A DNA stretch of 63,999 bases, counting the filler, from Octopus bimaculoides (taxonomy: Eukaryota), in NCBI RefSeq assembly GCF_001194135.2. It is 5 parts of 5 records of this genome, joined end to end, with 100 filler letters (N's around TTAATTAATTAA, not from the genome) between each part and the next. Parts side by side here need not be neighbours in the genome. Positions count along the whole stretch, not along the records: positions 26,017 to 52,459 come from NC_068983.1; 4 more parts are not named here. The stretch is one strand, 5' to 3'. The position numbers were made by a program, and so were the translations under genes. This document shows positions 34,513 through 48,274 of this stretch, piece by piece (position 1 is the first letter of the stretch; every line of letters starts with the position of its first letter). Below the pieces are notes generated by a model. The model did no database searches and was not told the origin of the DNA. It saw only the letters and a program-made list of their open reading frames with translations.

Positions 34513-34970
34513 TAAAATCCAAATAATCAACAAGGATATCCTTGTTGCTTATTTTGATTTTAATCACCTTATTTTGAAATTGTATGGATAATACCGTACC
34601 AAATTCTGGTGCCTGAACTTAAGTACCATATTCATCTGAATCTGTATATATATATATATATATAATACAAAGAATATATATGCATGTATACACACATATA
34701 TGTACATACTTACATCTACACGTGTATATAAATGCATATCATGGTACAGGACGTTAGAAAAATGAACTACAGACAACGGAACGAACACATAGGAAAACAG
34801 ATAGCCACTTGGAATTAATCCTTCGTCAGCTGCCTCTATTCTAACTAGACGTTTCGAAGATAAGGTAGAACGTACTCTAAAATAGTCTCTTCTTGAGTAG
34901 TGGATCGACCCACTAAACAGAGGATTCCAAGGTGGCAAACACAAACCAAGACAGGAAAAATTGGACAGTA

Positions 34971-35033
<63 letters not shown>

Positions 35034-35034
35034 T

Positions 35035-35850
35035 ACGGCGGAATATTAAATGAGGTATGAGTGTGGAGGCAGAATTTAGCTGTTGGATGGATGGATTACA
35101 AGAAGGCCTTCAACAATGTCCAACATATCTGGAGTCAATGGGAAGATAAACAACATTTTAGCGAAAACAATGAGTGTTGGAAGTGCAGCAAATGAAGCGC
35201 TAAGTAACGTGAAAATACACAGGAGTATTTTCCAGGGAAACTCGCTCGCTCTGTTAGTCTTCATCATTGCACTAATCCCTCTGACAATCATACTGAGAAA
35301 ATTCAGGCCTGCCTGTGAGTTTCCCAAAGCCCAAATGAGAAGAAACCATTTACTTTATACGAATGACTTCAAGCTATATACAGAAAAAAAAAATGAGACG
35401 ACCTGGATTTTCTGATCGAGAGAGTGAGAGTATTCAGTAAAGACATTGGAATGTAGTTTGGAGTAGATAAGTTGATAGTAATAATTATTAAAAATGGGCA
35501 GAAGATAAATTCTGATGGTATAAAATTACCACAAGACAACACCGTTAGATTGAAGCGGCGTAATGAAAGATGCAGATACCTAGGATTGCTATAAGATGAT
35601 AGGATAGTGGAAGGAGATATGAAACAGAAAGTCACTAAAGAGTACAAGTTGAAAATTAGGAAGGTACTTGAAACAAAATTAAATGGAGGGAACATCATTA
35701 ATGCCATAAATACATGGGCAATGTCAGTACTGAGATAGTCTGCTCCCTTTCTCAAATGGAAGAAGGTCGAGTTGCAGAACTTGGAGAGAACTAGGAAGCT
35801 GCTTACAATGCACAACGCAGGACATCCTAAAAGGTATACCGACCGACTCT
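35035..35850 (+). mobile_element. R4/Dong-like RT core (right piece, collinear with 32290-32830)
   Basis: NLAVGWMDYKKAFNNV, IFQGNSLALLVFIIALIPL, NHLLYTNDFKLY, KLNGGNIINAINTWA. Confidence 0.85.
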
Positions 35851-37914
35851 ATCTCCTTTTGGAACAGTTCTACTGGGCACTCTATTCTAATTTCCTTTAT
35901 ATTTCTCTTGATGCTTTCTGATACTGTCCCCAAAAGGTTTTCTTTTCTTTTTAGCACAAAATCACTTCAGAACATTTGAACATTTGATTAACAACTACCT
36001 TGTGTAGATAAAAAGTTTGTTTAGAAATTTGAATCTGTTTAGACATTTTCGACAAATACCCAATTTCCTGCAAGCATATCAGGGAGATGGGCTCGCTACA
36101 GTGATTGTTGGAGTAACGTCAGAAAAAAACCCCCTCAAAATTATTTTCAAAGGAATATTTATAAATCAAGCAAATTGTATAAAAGAATACGTTAATAACG
36201 TGGAAACCTTTGCTTTTACAAAGAAATACCCAATGAGAACAACTTTCCTTCATTGTGGGTTAATAGTTACGGCTCATTTTGTGTCGTAAAAGGAGTGAGC
36301 AAGGTATATTACAAAAGGCAATACCCGCTCGCCCGTCGAATTTATCCAGGAAGGGGCGATGGGGAAGACGACCCTATTTATTAAAAAACGGAGAAGGTCC
36401 CATATTTTCTGAAAATAAGAGGTGGTGAAAGCCACGACCTATGTGTGGCACAGTGTGTGCTATATCAACCTGTACAAAGCATGTGTTAGCATGTGCTTCT
36501 GTTTTGAGATTGAGGCCAAGACTTATTTCATTGTCGCCAAAACACTAGGATCACTTTAGACCCATAAGCACTAGCATCAATACTTGGCTTACTATTGAAT
36601 TTGCATAGCATTATGGACACGCAGTGAGCAGGAAGGCTACCAGCAATATACAGACACACATAGACACTCACTCACTCATTCACTCACACACACACTCACA
36701 CACACAAACACACACACACACACACATACACACACACACCACGTGTGTGTCTAAACAGACATCCATGACCATACAGAGTCCCGTAGATCATAAAGACGTC
36801 TCCGAGATATGTCCCATTGAGGGAGCAGAAAGGTGGTTAGTCAGACTGGTGGTACAGAAGGAGAGGCTTAGTTGCTAGAAGCGCGGTAGTAAATGTCACC
36901 CGAGAGCTTACACTGAGTAAACCGAGTAAACTATTTCAAGAGTAAATGTAATATCAAACAAAACTGTTACTTCTTGCATGTAGTAATTTTAAGTGTGACT
37001 GAGACACAGAAATGGATTACAATCGCACATATACACATGCAAATACAAACGCGTACATGCATACACACTCATATATATATTTATATACATACCTAGACAC
37101 AAATGCTTACACATATCTATGTACATACATGCACACATATACATGCCTTTACATGTATATTATATATATATGTGCGTGCGCGTACATGTGTATGTGTGTG
37201 TCTATGTGTTTGTGTGTTTGTGTGTGTTTGTGTGTGTGTGTGCGTGTGTGTGTGTGAGAGAGTGTGTGAGTGTCTATGTGTGTTTCTATAGTCGTGTGAA
37301 TGAACTACAAAATCTAACAGCATAAACGCATAGCAAGGAACAGTGGAAGTTGACTTTGCAGATTTTGTCTGTATCTGTGTGTCAGCCACTTAGTTAATCT
37401 TTCTGTTAGTCTGTCTGTCTATACGTACGTCTGTCTGTACGTCTGCATGTATGTACGTCTGTCTGCTTGGCCTCGTCACCAACAGTCGTTTATCTTAAGA
37501 ATATATCAGACGGACTTCTACATAAAGACAGGCTAGGACTGTTATCGTAGCGAACCTTACTAGATCAGTTTTGATCTTAGCTTGATTAACGACTTCGCAC
37601 ATGGACTGGTTTACATCAATGTCATTAAGACTAATACATCTGAACAGTAGAAGAATGCTGAGAGAAGTTTCAACCTATTTGTCCCAGTATATCGTCTATC
37701 AAAAGAACAGATCAGTTTAATGTTTAAGGTTATACATCTCTGTGTCAGTAACTAACCAGCAATATTTATGACAATAAAGCTTTGCTATTTCTTATTTGCT
37801 AATGTTTTACTTTGTTATAACCGGGTATGGATAACACCACACATTCGCTATATTATATTTTCTGTATACCTGGACATCTGTCTGACACTTATGTGTAGGA
37901 GTTGATTCTAATCT

Positions 37915-38055
<141 letters not shown>

Positions 38056-38849
38056 CCTCTCTATGTCTATGTGTGAGTGTGTGTGCATGCACATGTTCAA
38101 TCAAGGCTCTTGAATTTCGACACTAATACATGTATTATGAGTTTGACTGAAAAAAGTTTAGTACAACAGCTTATAATATTGTAACTTATTCACTGCCTGT
38201 AACTATAACTTCAGATGATATGTACCTTCATATGTATGTGCATTGAGCATATATTTATGCTCACATTTGTATTTGACTATATGTGTATGTCTGTGTGTAT
38301 GGGTATGAACGCACATGCTACCATACTTTTATATTTCCACATTTGTAGGTACACGCAAAATGAGACAAGAAGAAATACGTGTCGACATAGAAATATGCAT
38401 AATTAGTATATATATATATATATATATATATATNNNNNNNNNNNNNNNNNNNNNNNNNNNNNNNNNNNNNNNNNNNNNNNNNNNNNNNNNNNNNNNNNNN
38501 NNNNNNNNNNNNNNNNNNNNNNNNNNNNNNNNNNNNNNNNNNNNNNNNNNNNNNNNNNNNNNNNNNNNNNNNNNNNNNNNNNNNNNNNNNNNNNNNNNNN
38601 NNNNNNNNNNNNNNNNNNNNNNNNNNNNNNNNNNNNNNNNNNNNNNNNNNNNNNNNNNNNNNNNNNNNNNNNNNNNNNNNNNNNNNNNNNNNNNNNNNNN
38701 NNNNNNNNNNNNNNNNNNNNNNNNNNNNNNNNNNNNNNNNNNNNNNNNNNNNNNNNNNNNNNNNNNNNNNNNNNNNNNNNNNNNNNNNNNNNNNNNNNNN
38801 NNNNNNNNNNNNNNNNNNNNNNNNNNNNNNNNNNNNNNNNNNNNNNNNN

Positions 38850-38884
<35 letters not shown>

Positions 38885-39714
38885 CATACATACATATTCA
38901 CTCATATACAAATATAGAGACTACACTTATATACACTCACAAACTACATATACATATATATGCACACATATTCACACATATGTGAGCACACACATACACA
39001 CATATATTCATTCATATGCAGGTATAAATAGAGACGCCACACATACGCATGGATACATGAACACACACACAAGCACACGCGAACGCACACACGCTGATAG
39101 CAGAGAAGAAAATGAGTTACTAGAAATGAGAATCTAAACGAAAGTGAGAGAGAAAGAGATGTTTAAATACATAGAAATTTATAGATACATATATATGTGT
39201 GCATGTGTGTATTCATATGTACATATAAACCTATGTACGTACATGTGTATGTGTAAATTGATTGTTATCCTTAGTCCAAACCATATGTTGTCTTATCGAT
39301 GGACACGTCAAGGCTTTAATACTCACCTAGACCAGAAAATGAATTTAAATTAACTTTACTCCAGCTAACAAATAGACATTTTACTTCTGTATTTATTCTT
39401 CTTTATAATTGATTAATGGATCTTGGCCAAATTCCAAAGATTGTTCGGATTCCCAACTGTACAAGACTGGCACCGTGTTCTTACTTAGCATTGACAATGG
39501 AATGTCAGTGGCAGATTAAACAGTATTTAGCAGAGAAATTTATGATCAGCCGACAAACTTGTATAATTTTAATCAGATAAATCGCCATGATGTCATTTAG
39601 ATTAGAACTATCATACTGGCATGTTAGAGGCGCTCTCTCTTTCTTCCACTCCTCTCTCGATTTACGTACATACATATAGACATATATGCATGCATATATA
39701 TGTATCTTTGTATG

Positions 39715-39764
<50 letters not shown>

Positions 39765-40129
39765 CGTGCGTGTGTGTGAATTATAATATTAAAGAGGTTC
39801 AGTCTAAACAGTCTGGCAATCAAACATATTAACACTTTCAGTGACATAACATCCTGGTTCTTAATTTCTATTCGGTTTCTTTCAACACACAAATCCATCA
39901 AATCAGATAACGGATTCTATATTATTTTCATTTTATATTGCCCCTGCTACCACCACCACCACCACCACCATTACTACTATTACAGCAACAAGAACACCAA
40001 CTGCTTTTCCATCTTTGTTATTATCATCATCGTCGTCGTCATTATCTTCAACACGGACGCTGGATTACTAAAACCGTCAGGGCACCTGATAACATGTTTT
40101 GTAAAAGTAGTTGTTTAGTTTAGCTTAAG

Positions 40130-40570
40130 GCTCAGGCGAAAAGCTGGTACAGTTGTAGAAAAATTGGAAAAATGTTTTGCAGTATTTCTTTACGTTCTGA
40201 GTTCAAATCTCACCAAGGTTCATTATAACTTTTAACCGTTTGTAGATCGATAGAATAAGCACCAGTGAAGTACTTGGATTGATGTAATCCGTTTGCCCCA
40301 TTCATTCAAAATTACTGCCCTCCTGCCAAAATTATAAAAACAAATTTGCTTACGTCTGCTTATCATAAGTTCAAATCTAACGAGACTTTCAGTCCCATTC
40401 CGCCACGATCGATAAATTTGAGCAGCAGTTAAATAACGGAATTGTTAGCAGAATCGTGAGCACGCTGGGCAAAATGTTTAGCGGCATTTCGCCCGTCTTT
40501 ATACTCTAGGTTCAAATTCCGCCGAGGTCGACTTTACCTTTAGGGGTTCATAAAATGAGTAGTAGTTGAA
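40130..40570 (+). mobile_element. two or three tandem family-C SINE pieces
   Basis: Repeated acgttctgagttcaaat...aggtcgac motifs. Confidence 0.7.
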
Positions 40571-41099
40571 AACTAGGATAGTNNNNNNNNNNNNNNNNNN
40601 NNNNNNNNNNNNNNNNNNNNNNNNNNNNNNNNNNNNNNNNNNNNNNNNNNNNNNNNNNNNNNNNNNNNNNNNNNNNNNNNNNNNNNNNNNNNNNNNNNNN
40701 NNNNNNNNNNNNNNNNNNNNNNNNNNNNNNNNNNNNNNNNNNNNNNNNNNNNNNNNNNNNNNNNNNNNNNNNNNNNNNNNNNNNNNNNNNNNNNNNNNNN
40801 NNNNNNNNNNNNNNNNNNNNNNNNNNNNNNNNNNNNNNNNNNNNNNNNNNNNNNNNNNNNNNNNNNNNNNNNNNNNNNNNNNNNNNNNNNNNNNNNNNNN
40901 NNNNNNNNNNNNNNNNNNNNNNNNNNNNNNNNNNNNNNNNNNNNNNNNNNNNNNNNNNNNNNNNNNNNNNNNNNNNNNNNNNNNNNNNNNNNNNNNNNNN
41001 NNNNNNNNNNNNNNNNNNNNNNNNNNNNNNNNNNNNNNNNNNNNNNNNNNNNNNNNNNNNNNNNNNNNNNNNNNNNNNNNNNNNNNNNNNNNNNNNNNN

Positions 41100-41145
<46 letters not shown>

Positions 41146-42298
41146 AGTGGTTGTGGTTGTATCCCACAGCCGATTACTAACCAGTACTCTTTTGTTTACG
41201 CTCCCGTAACGGTTCAGCAAAGGGACAAGTAGAATAAGTATGAAACTTTAAAATAAATACGTGGACGGATTTGTCAACTAAACCCGTCAAGGCAGTGTTC
41301 TAGAAACGGCCGTAGTCCAATGAGTGAAACATGTAGAATATAAAAGGTAAAGGATATATAAAAAAAACTTAAAAGAAAATAATGATTACTAATTTAACCC
41401 CAAGACCAGCAGTATTAAGTGGAGGGGCTTAATCGTACTATCGACCCCATGACTTAAGTAGTACTTATTTTATCGATTCAATCCACGCTGCATGCTGTGG
41501 AACTACGTTTCTGATTTAACCAAGTATGTTTTGTCACTTCAAATGTTAAAATGGTTTCAAATTTCGTCAAAAGGCCAGCAATTTTGGAGGAGGGGTTAAG
41601 TTGGTGACATCGACTCCAGAGTTCAGTTGATGCTTATTTTATCGACCCTTCTTTCAAATATTAAATTGGTTTCACGTTTCGAAAGCACAAGGCCTCTGCT
41701 TAAGGAATTTTATTTTACAGAATTACCTTAAGTCTTGTTTGGACGGATGGGGTATGAAAGAGGTGATACGAAGTATTAACATGTACAGTGTCTATTTACC
41801 TGTTGTTGAGTCAGACCCATAGATCGATGAAAATTCATCCTGCATTGAAAGTTTATGTTGATTAATATACAAATTATAATCTCAAAAGAAGTGACTAAAC
41901 ACTAAATTTAGAGTATGAATTACATAACCGTATATGTAGTATGAAACAAATGGCGTTTGTTCACCGAAACGTATGTAACATTGATTTGACTTCTTTCTTC
42001 GGCGATTAAAACTATTGTTATTCACTTTGTTAGCATTAGAGCATACATATTAAATACACACATACATGCATACATACATACATACAAACATACAATGCAT
42101 TACATACATACATATATATATGTATATATAATATATGTATGTGTGTGTAGTTATGTATGCATGCATGTATGTATGTATATATTGCAGAAATTGTCTCGAG
42201 ATAATTTCTGCTGTGTGTCTTTCCATAAATAGACAGACCGACATACAGGCAGAATACATAGATGGACAGACAGACAGACAGACAGACAGGTAGGTAGG

Positions 42299-42357
<59 letters not shown>

Positions 42358-42740
42358 TCATGAGCGTGCACAAAAATACATAGAAGCGTTGAACATGTAC
42401 TTGAATTGTTTTAAATTATTTAAATTCACCTAACCAGCTACAAAACTTTTCAAAGTATTGCGACATGAAAGAATCCGCGGTTTGGGACAAATATGGCAAA
42501 GATCTATGCTCGTCCAGCTTACACTACTTTTGAAAATCATGAAATTGTAAAGAAAGTTAAGTAAATGTAAGTAACTCATCTTAAAGACTTCAAATGCATT
42601 TCTAATTTCGAGAAACCTTTTTCTGTTTACATATATGTGTATATGCTCTTGGAAACTTTAAAACGAGTTATTTACATATACTTAACCTGCACTACGAATT
42701 CATGATTCTCAATACTAGTGTAAGATGATAGAATATAGAC

Positions 42741-42776
<36 letters not shown>

Positions 42777-43189
42777 NNNNNNNNNNNNNNNNNNNNNNNN
42801 NNNNNNNNNNNNNNNNNNNNNNNNNNNNNNNNNNNNNNNNNNNNNNNNNNNNNNNNNNNNNNNNNNNNNNNNNNNNNNNNNNNNNNNNNNNNNNNNNNNN
42901 NNNNNNNNNNNNNNNNNNNNNNNNNNNNNNNNNNNNNNNNNNNNNNNNNNNNNNNNNNNNNNNNNNNNNNNNNNNNNNNNNNNNNNNNNNNNNNNNNNNN
43001 NNNNNNNNNNNNNNNNNNNNNNNNNNNNNNNNNNNNNNNNNNNNNNNNNNNNNNNNNNNNNNNNNNNNNNNNNNNNNNNNNNNNNNNNNNNNNNNNNNNN
43101 NNNNNNNNNNNNNNNNNNNNNNNNNNNNNNNNNNNNNNNNNNNNNNNNNNNNNNNNNNNNNNNNNNNNNNNNNNNNNNNNNNNNNNNNN

Positions 43190-43223
<34 letters not shown>

Positions 43224-43526
43224 GCATATAAAAATACATATACAAATTCATACGGATATGTATATATACACATATATGTATGTGTGTATTTATTTATATC
43301 TATATGTAGATATGTGTACTTAGTGAAGAAATACGAATGACCAGTTGCTTATATTATACTATGCGCGTTTCACCATTATGATGGTTTGGAGCCCTGCAAT
43401 AGGGTATTTAGAGACTCAAGCAGATCGGATCATCAGGGAACACTTCATCATGTTAAGTTACCGGTAACTATGTCGCACATATATTTGTACACGTAATTTT
43501 TTACAATATGTACATATATGTATATA

Positions 43527-44389
43527 TACGAGGTGGTATCAAACGGTTCCCGGACTAGTTATATTTAATAAAAATAAATAACTTATTTACCTGAATTTTA
43601 ACATAATCTCCTTCGAAGTAGTCACCTTGCACAGCAATAAACCGGTCCCAGCGTTCTTGCCACTTTGGGAATCCGGCCTGGAAATTGTTTTCCGTAAGCG
43701 AGTCGAGGATCATCTGCTATTCGCTCTTGATCACGACAACGGTGATCTTTGAGCTGCATTTTCATCTCGAGAAAGAGATGGAAGTCCGCAAATGCTAAAT
43801 TTGGGGAATAGAGTTGGTGCAGAAGCGATACGTTTTTGGTGAGAGACTCACGTGTGAATGGAGCTCAGTGAAGAAACCAATTCTTCGCGCTCTACAGGTC
43901 TGGTCGCTTTTTCCGAATGTCCTTCCTCAAGCACTTCAAAACGTCGCAGAAGAAATCACAATTGATGGTCTGACCCTCGGGGATGAAATTTCGATGCACG
44001 ATACCACATTCCCTGGGATGACATTCGTAGCATCGTCATCCAGATCCCTCATCGTTTTCCAGAGACGTTCTTCCACTTTTGAAGGGCTCTGTCACTCGAA
44101 ACATTGTGCACGTCCCATTGCCTCACCGACGTAAGCTTGCTGAAGGATGCTCAATTTCCTCTGTAGCAGACATCCTAAGTTTAACACATTTCCCGTTGAC
44201 TCTTACTTCCTATCCATGACGAAATCGCATACTCGTGATCACAAAAACACAAATTTCACAACTTGCAAAATAAACACAGCAATGTCACTCGGCACACTGC
44301 CTCATGAAAGTCACTGCTAGCCCTCACTGCGAACATAACCGTGTTGGTGCGCTACAGAACTAGTCCGGGAACTTTTTAATACCCTTATG
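43527..44389 (-). mobile_element. internally deleted mariner element with both TIRs (~860 bp)
   Basis: TIRs ggtggtatcaaacggttcccggactagtt and aactagtccgggaactttttaataccc; minus strand encodes GQTINCDFFCDVLK.LRKDIRKKRPDL..NWFLH and YSPNLA..DFHLF. Confidence 0.85.
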
Positions 44390-44588
44390 TGCTCATGTGC
44401 TCGTGTATATATATATATATATATNNNNNNNNNNNNNNNNNNNNNNNNNNNNNNNNNNNNNNNNNNNNNNNNNNNNNNNNNNNNNNNNNNNNNNNNNNNN
44501 NNNNNNNNNNNNNNNNNNNNNNNNNNNNNNNNNNNNNNNNNNNNNNNNNNNNNNNNNNNNNNNNNNNNNNNNNNNNNNNNNATATATA

Positions 44589-44799
44589 CACGAGGGTTTG
44601 CAGAAAAGTGTTTGTCTTTGGGTGAAAGAAAATACAAGAGGATCAGTTAATTATGATTTTGTTCAGCATATTACCCTCTCAGATATTGCAGGGGTCCTTC
44701 AGTTTTTCTAAGCCCTGTAAAAGAACTCGGAAGGCTGGGCCTCCAGCCAAGCCTTTCGTGACACCCTTAAAGCCAGGAATTTTTCTGCAACACCTCGTA
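44589..44799. mobile_element. mariner-derived MITE (~210 bp) retaining a transposase C-terminus
   Basis: cgagggtttgcagaaaag and tttttctgcaacacctcgta are inverted ends; minus-strand GLEKLKDPCNI remnant. Confidence 0.75.
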
Positions 44800-44943
44800 T
44801 ATGTATGTATATGCATGTGTGTGCGTGTGGGTGCGTGTGTGCGTATACAGAGAAAGAAAGGGAGAGAGATACATACATATATATATTCATATATATATAT
44901 ACATACATGCATGCACACATACATATATACACACATACATATG

Positions 44944-45013
<70 letters not shown>

Positions 45014-45607
45014 TAGATTTATTGGTAGGCCTTCAGATATGTGTATGTTCATGTGTATAAGAAGCTGATTTGATTGTTTCAGCATGAATATGTGTGCTTC
45101 GGTGACTATGTACTTGTGAATGCATTTATGTATGTATGATACTTGTATATGAATTGTTAGAGTGTGTAAAAAACCAGAACTGACAACTAACTGTTTATTC
45201 CATTAAAATGTTTACTATTTAGCTTCATGTTCTTTCTATTTTATTTTTGTTAACTCATCATTCTCTCTGACAAATGATAGAAAATTCAAAGCTATATTGA
45301 ATGAAATGATTTAAGTATATCCCACTGGAAATATTGTGTCTAATAGATGTAATAAATTCAATGGAATTGAAATATACTCAATAACAATGATTTAGTCAGA
45401 AATTATCAATGGGGATGTTAGCAGTAAATTAGATACAATATGAACTGGGAGAAACCTTATTATTTATCTGCCACAAAGAATAAAGAAGAGTAATCATCAC
45501 TTTACATTGAAATATGCAAACAAAATATAGCAGAATGATAATTTATTCTGTATTCATTACAATAAACCATGAATCGTTACTACCAAAATATACAAAACAC
45601 ACGGACA

Positions 45608-45677
<70 letters not shown>

Positions 45678-46330
45678 NNNNNNNNNNNNNNNNNNNNNNN
45701 NNNNNNNNNNNNNNNNNNNNNNNNNNNNNNNNNNNNNNNNNNNNNNNNNNNNNNNNNNNNNNNNNNNNNNNNNNNNNNNNNNNNNNNNNNNNNNNNNNNN
45801 NNNNNNNNNNNNNNNNNNNNNNNNNNNNNNNNNNNNNNNNNNNNNNNNNNNNNNNNNNNNNNNNNNNNNNNNNNNNNNNNNNNNNNNNNNNNNNNNNNNN
45901 NNNNNNNNNNNNNNNNNNNNNNNNNNNNNNNNNNNNNNNNNNNNNNNNNNNNNNNNNNNNNNNNNNNNNNNNNNNNNNNNNNNNNNNNNNNNNNNNNNNN
46001 NNNNNNNNNNNNNNNNNNNNNNNNNNNNNNNNNNNNNNNNNNNNNNNNNNNNNNNNNNNNNNNNNNNNNNNNNNNNNNNNNNNNNNNNNNNNNNNNNNNN
46101 NNNNNNNNNNNNNNNNNNNNNNNNNNNNNNNNNNNNNNNNNNNNNNNNNNNNNNNNNNNNNNNNNNNNNNNNNNNNNNNNNNNNNNNNNNNNNNNNNNNN
46201 NNNNNNNNNNNNNNNNNNNNNNNNNNNNNNNNNNNNNNNNNNNNNNNNNNNNNNNNNNNNNNNNNNNNNNNNNNNNNNNNNNNNNNNNNNNNNNNNNNNN
46301 NNNNNNNNNNNNNNNNNNNNNNNNNNNNNN

Positions 46331-46361
<31 letters not shown>

Positions 46362-46663
46362 TGTATAAACATTCATATATTTACAGTAAGTCAAATAGGA
46401 TATATAAATTGTAATGGCCGTCACCTTGTAACTGTTCATGTGGACCATCAACCACGTCGATTTCAGTGGTCTCAGCGGGGCTGTGAACACCAACACCATA
46501 CGCCGTTACATCAGACCATAACATTAAGATATTATTGAAATTGTTTGTATAATTTGTCATTATGCAAATTCGGCAATGTTTGGATTTGTCTAAACGGTTC
46601 GAATTTAGATGTGAAATAAACACAACGCTAAATTATACAAGTAATTGTTGCTAATTATTATCA

Positions 46664-46717
<54 letters not shown>

Positions 46718-47137
46718 GTCTTTGCACAGCTTCTATCGCTAGAAATTTACTACGGTGTCAGCTGTTCACTACCAATGAACTAAGGTAACACCTCTTACTT
46801 TTCGAGCACTATCCGGAGTATTCGAGCGGTTCCCAACAGTGCTGTTTTCTGCGAGTGCTCTACCCTTATTGCAACCCCTATTTGATCCCTGTAGTTCTCA
46901 AGACAATTATTGGTACTACTACCACCTTTTTCATCAACCACAACTGCTTAACCTCCCAAGTTAACCTGTCATATCTATCGACTTTTCTTTCTTCTTTATC
47001 GCATACCTTGTTGTCACCTGGGCATTCTATATCTATGATACAGTATCGTTTGCTTTCTTTCTCAATTAACAATATGTCTGGCTTCCTATTGTCTATCTCA
47101 TGGTCGCGCTGAATCATAACATCCCATAGGATCTTTG
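46718..47137 (-). mobile_element. R4/Dong-like 3' end (restriction-like endonuclease) with (TAA)n tail
   Basis: KILWDVMIQRDHEIDNRKPDILLIEK...IIDIECPGD; QKTALLGTARILRIVL*; abuts (TTA)n 46665-46717. Confidence 0.88.
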
Positions 47138-47548
47138 TATTAGGTTGTCAAGAAAGTTCTTGCTGTTTTTAACCTTTAAATTCAAATGCACATATCTCGG
47201 CTCAAACACAACTTTATTAATCGAAATAAACAACATCAGAATCAACACACTTTTACCAATGCGAAATAAGTTTATTTATGTCAGTAACGTAAAAATCCTG
47301 CGTTCTGGTTTCGATGAAGTCGTTGAAGGCATGTTTGGCATCGTCTTGGTTTTTGAAGCATTTCTCACGCAGGAAGGAGTCGAATTGCTTGAAAAGGTGG
47401 TAGTCGGTAGGCGAGAAGTCTGGTGAGTATGGGGGATGAGGCAGAGTTTTGTAGCCCAATTCGTTCAACTTCTGCAGGGTCAGTTGTGTGACATGCGACC
47501 GAGCGTTGTCGTAGAGAAGAATTGGTCCTTTTCTATTGACCAATGCTG
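47138..47548 (-). mobile_element. DD34D mariner 3' end, Hsmar1/cecropia-like, with TIR
   Basis: LVNRKGPILLYDNARSHV...HPPYSPDFSPTDYHLF (34 residues between D and D); end tattaggttgtcaagaaagttcttgctgtttt; truncated by a gap. Confidence 0.9.
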
Positions 47549-48274
47549 NNNNNNNNNNNNNNNNNNNNNNNNNNNNNNNNNNNNNNNNNNNNNNNNNNNN
47601 NNNNNNNNNNNNNNNNNNNNNNNNNNNNNNNNNNNNNNNNNNNNNNNNACATACATACATACATACATACATACATACATACATGCATATGTGTGTGTTT
47701 CTTGTAAATGAATAATAGACCTGAACTCTTCAGACAGTATTGAGTACTCTTTCAGTTTAATGTAAAATTGTTTTCTTTATACCACGACATATATATGTAT
47801 GTACGTACGTACGTATGCATGGATGTATGTATGTATGTATGTTTGTATGTATGTATGTATGTATGTATGTATGTATATATACGTACATGCTTGTATGCAT
47901 GTAAACTAAATCAATGCAATAACATATTTTTCTTCCACGAACTTTTATAGTTCAAATTTCGCCAACATAGTTATAGGCTACCACCATCTTCATCGCCACG
48001 AGTTCTGTCTGACTCTTGAATTTACTTTATCATATAGATTGTCTCTTTGTTTGAGATAGTGGGGTGTGATTTGAGGGAGAGTTTTACTGACTTTTTTTTT
48101 CTAGTAATTCGAATGACCAACAAAGAAAACCCCCTCATCGGTTCGCCTGGTGTATGCTATTAATTCTGGTGAACTTAGACAGCTGAAATTGCTCAGTCCA
48201 AAGTGATATTTTTCTGTCTTGTAATTGCCTTATATTCTGATAATTATCATTTAATAACACATGATAAACAACTA

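Noticed and set aside
39885-39910. Pbx/Hox-like TGATGGAT site (minus strand) in unique sequence
   Set aside because: An 8-mer is expected by chance in 64 kb; no conservation evidence available
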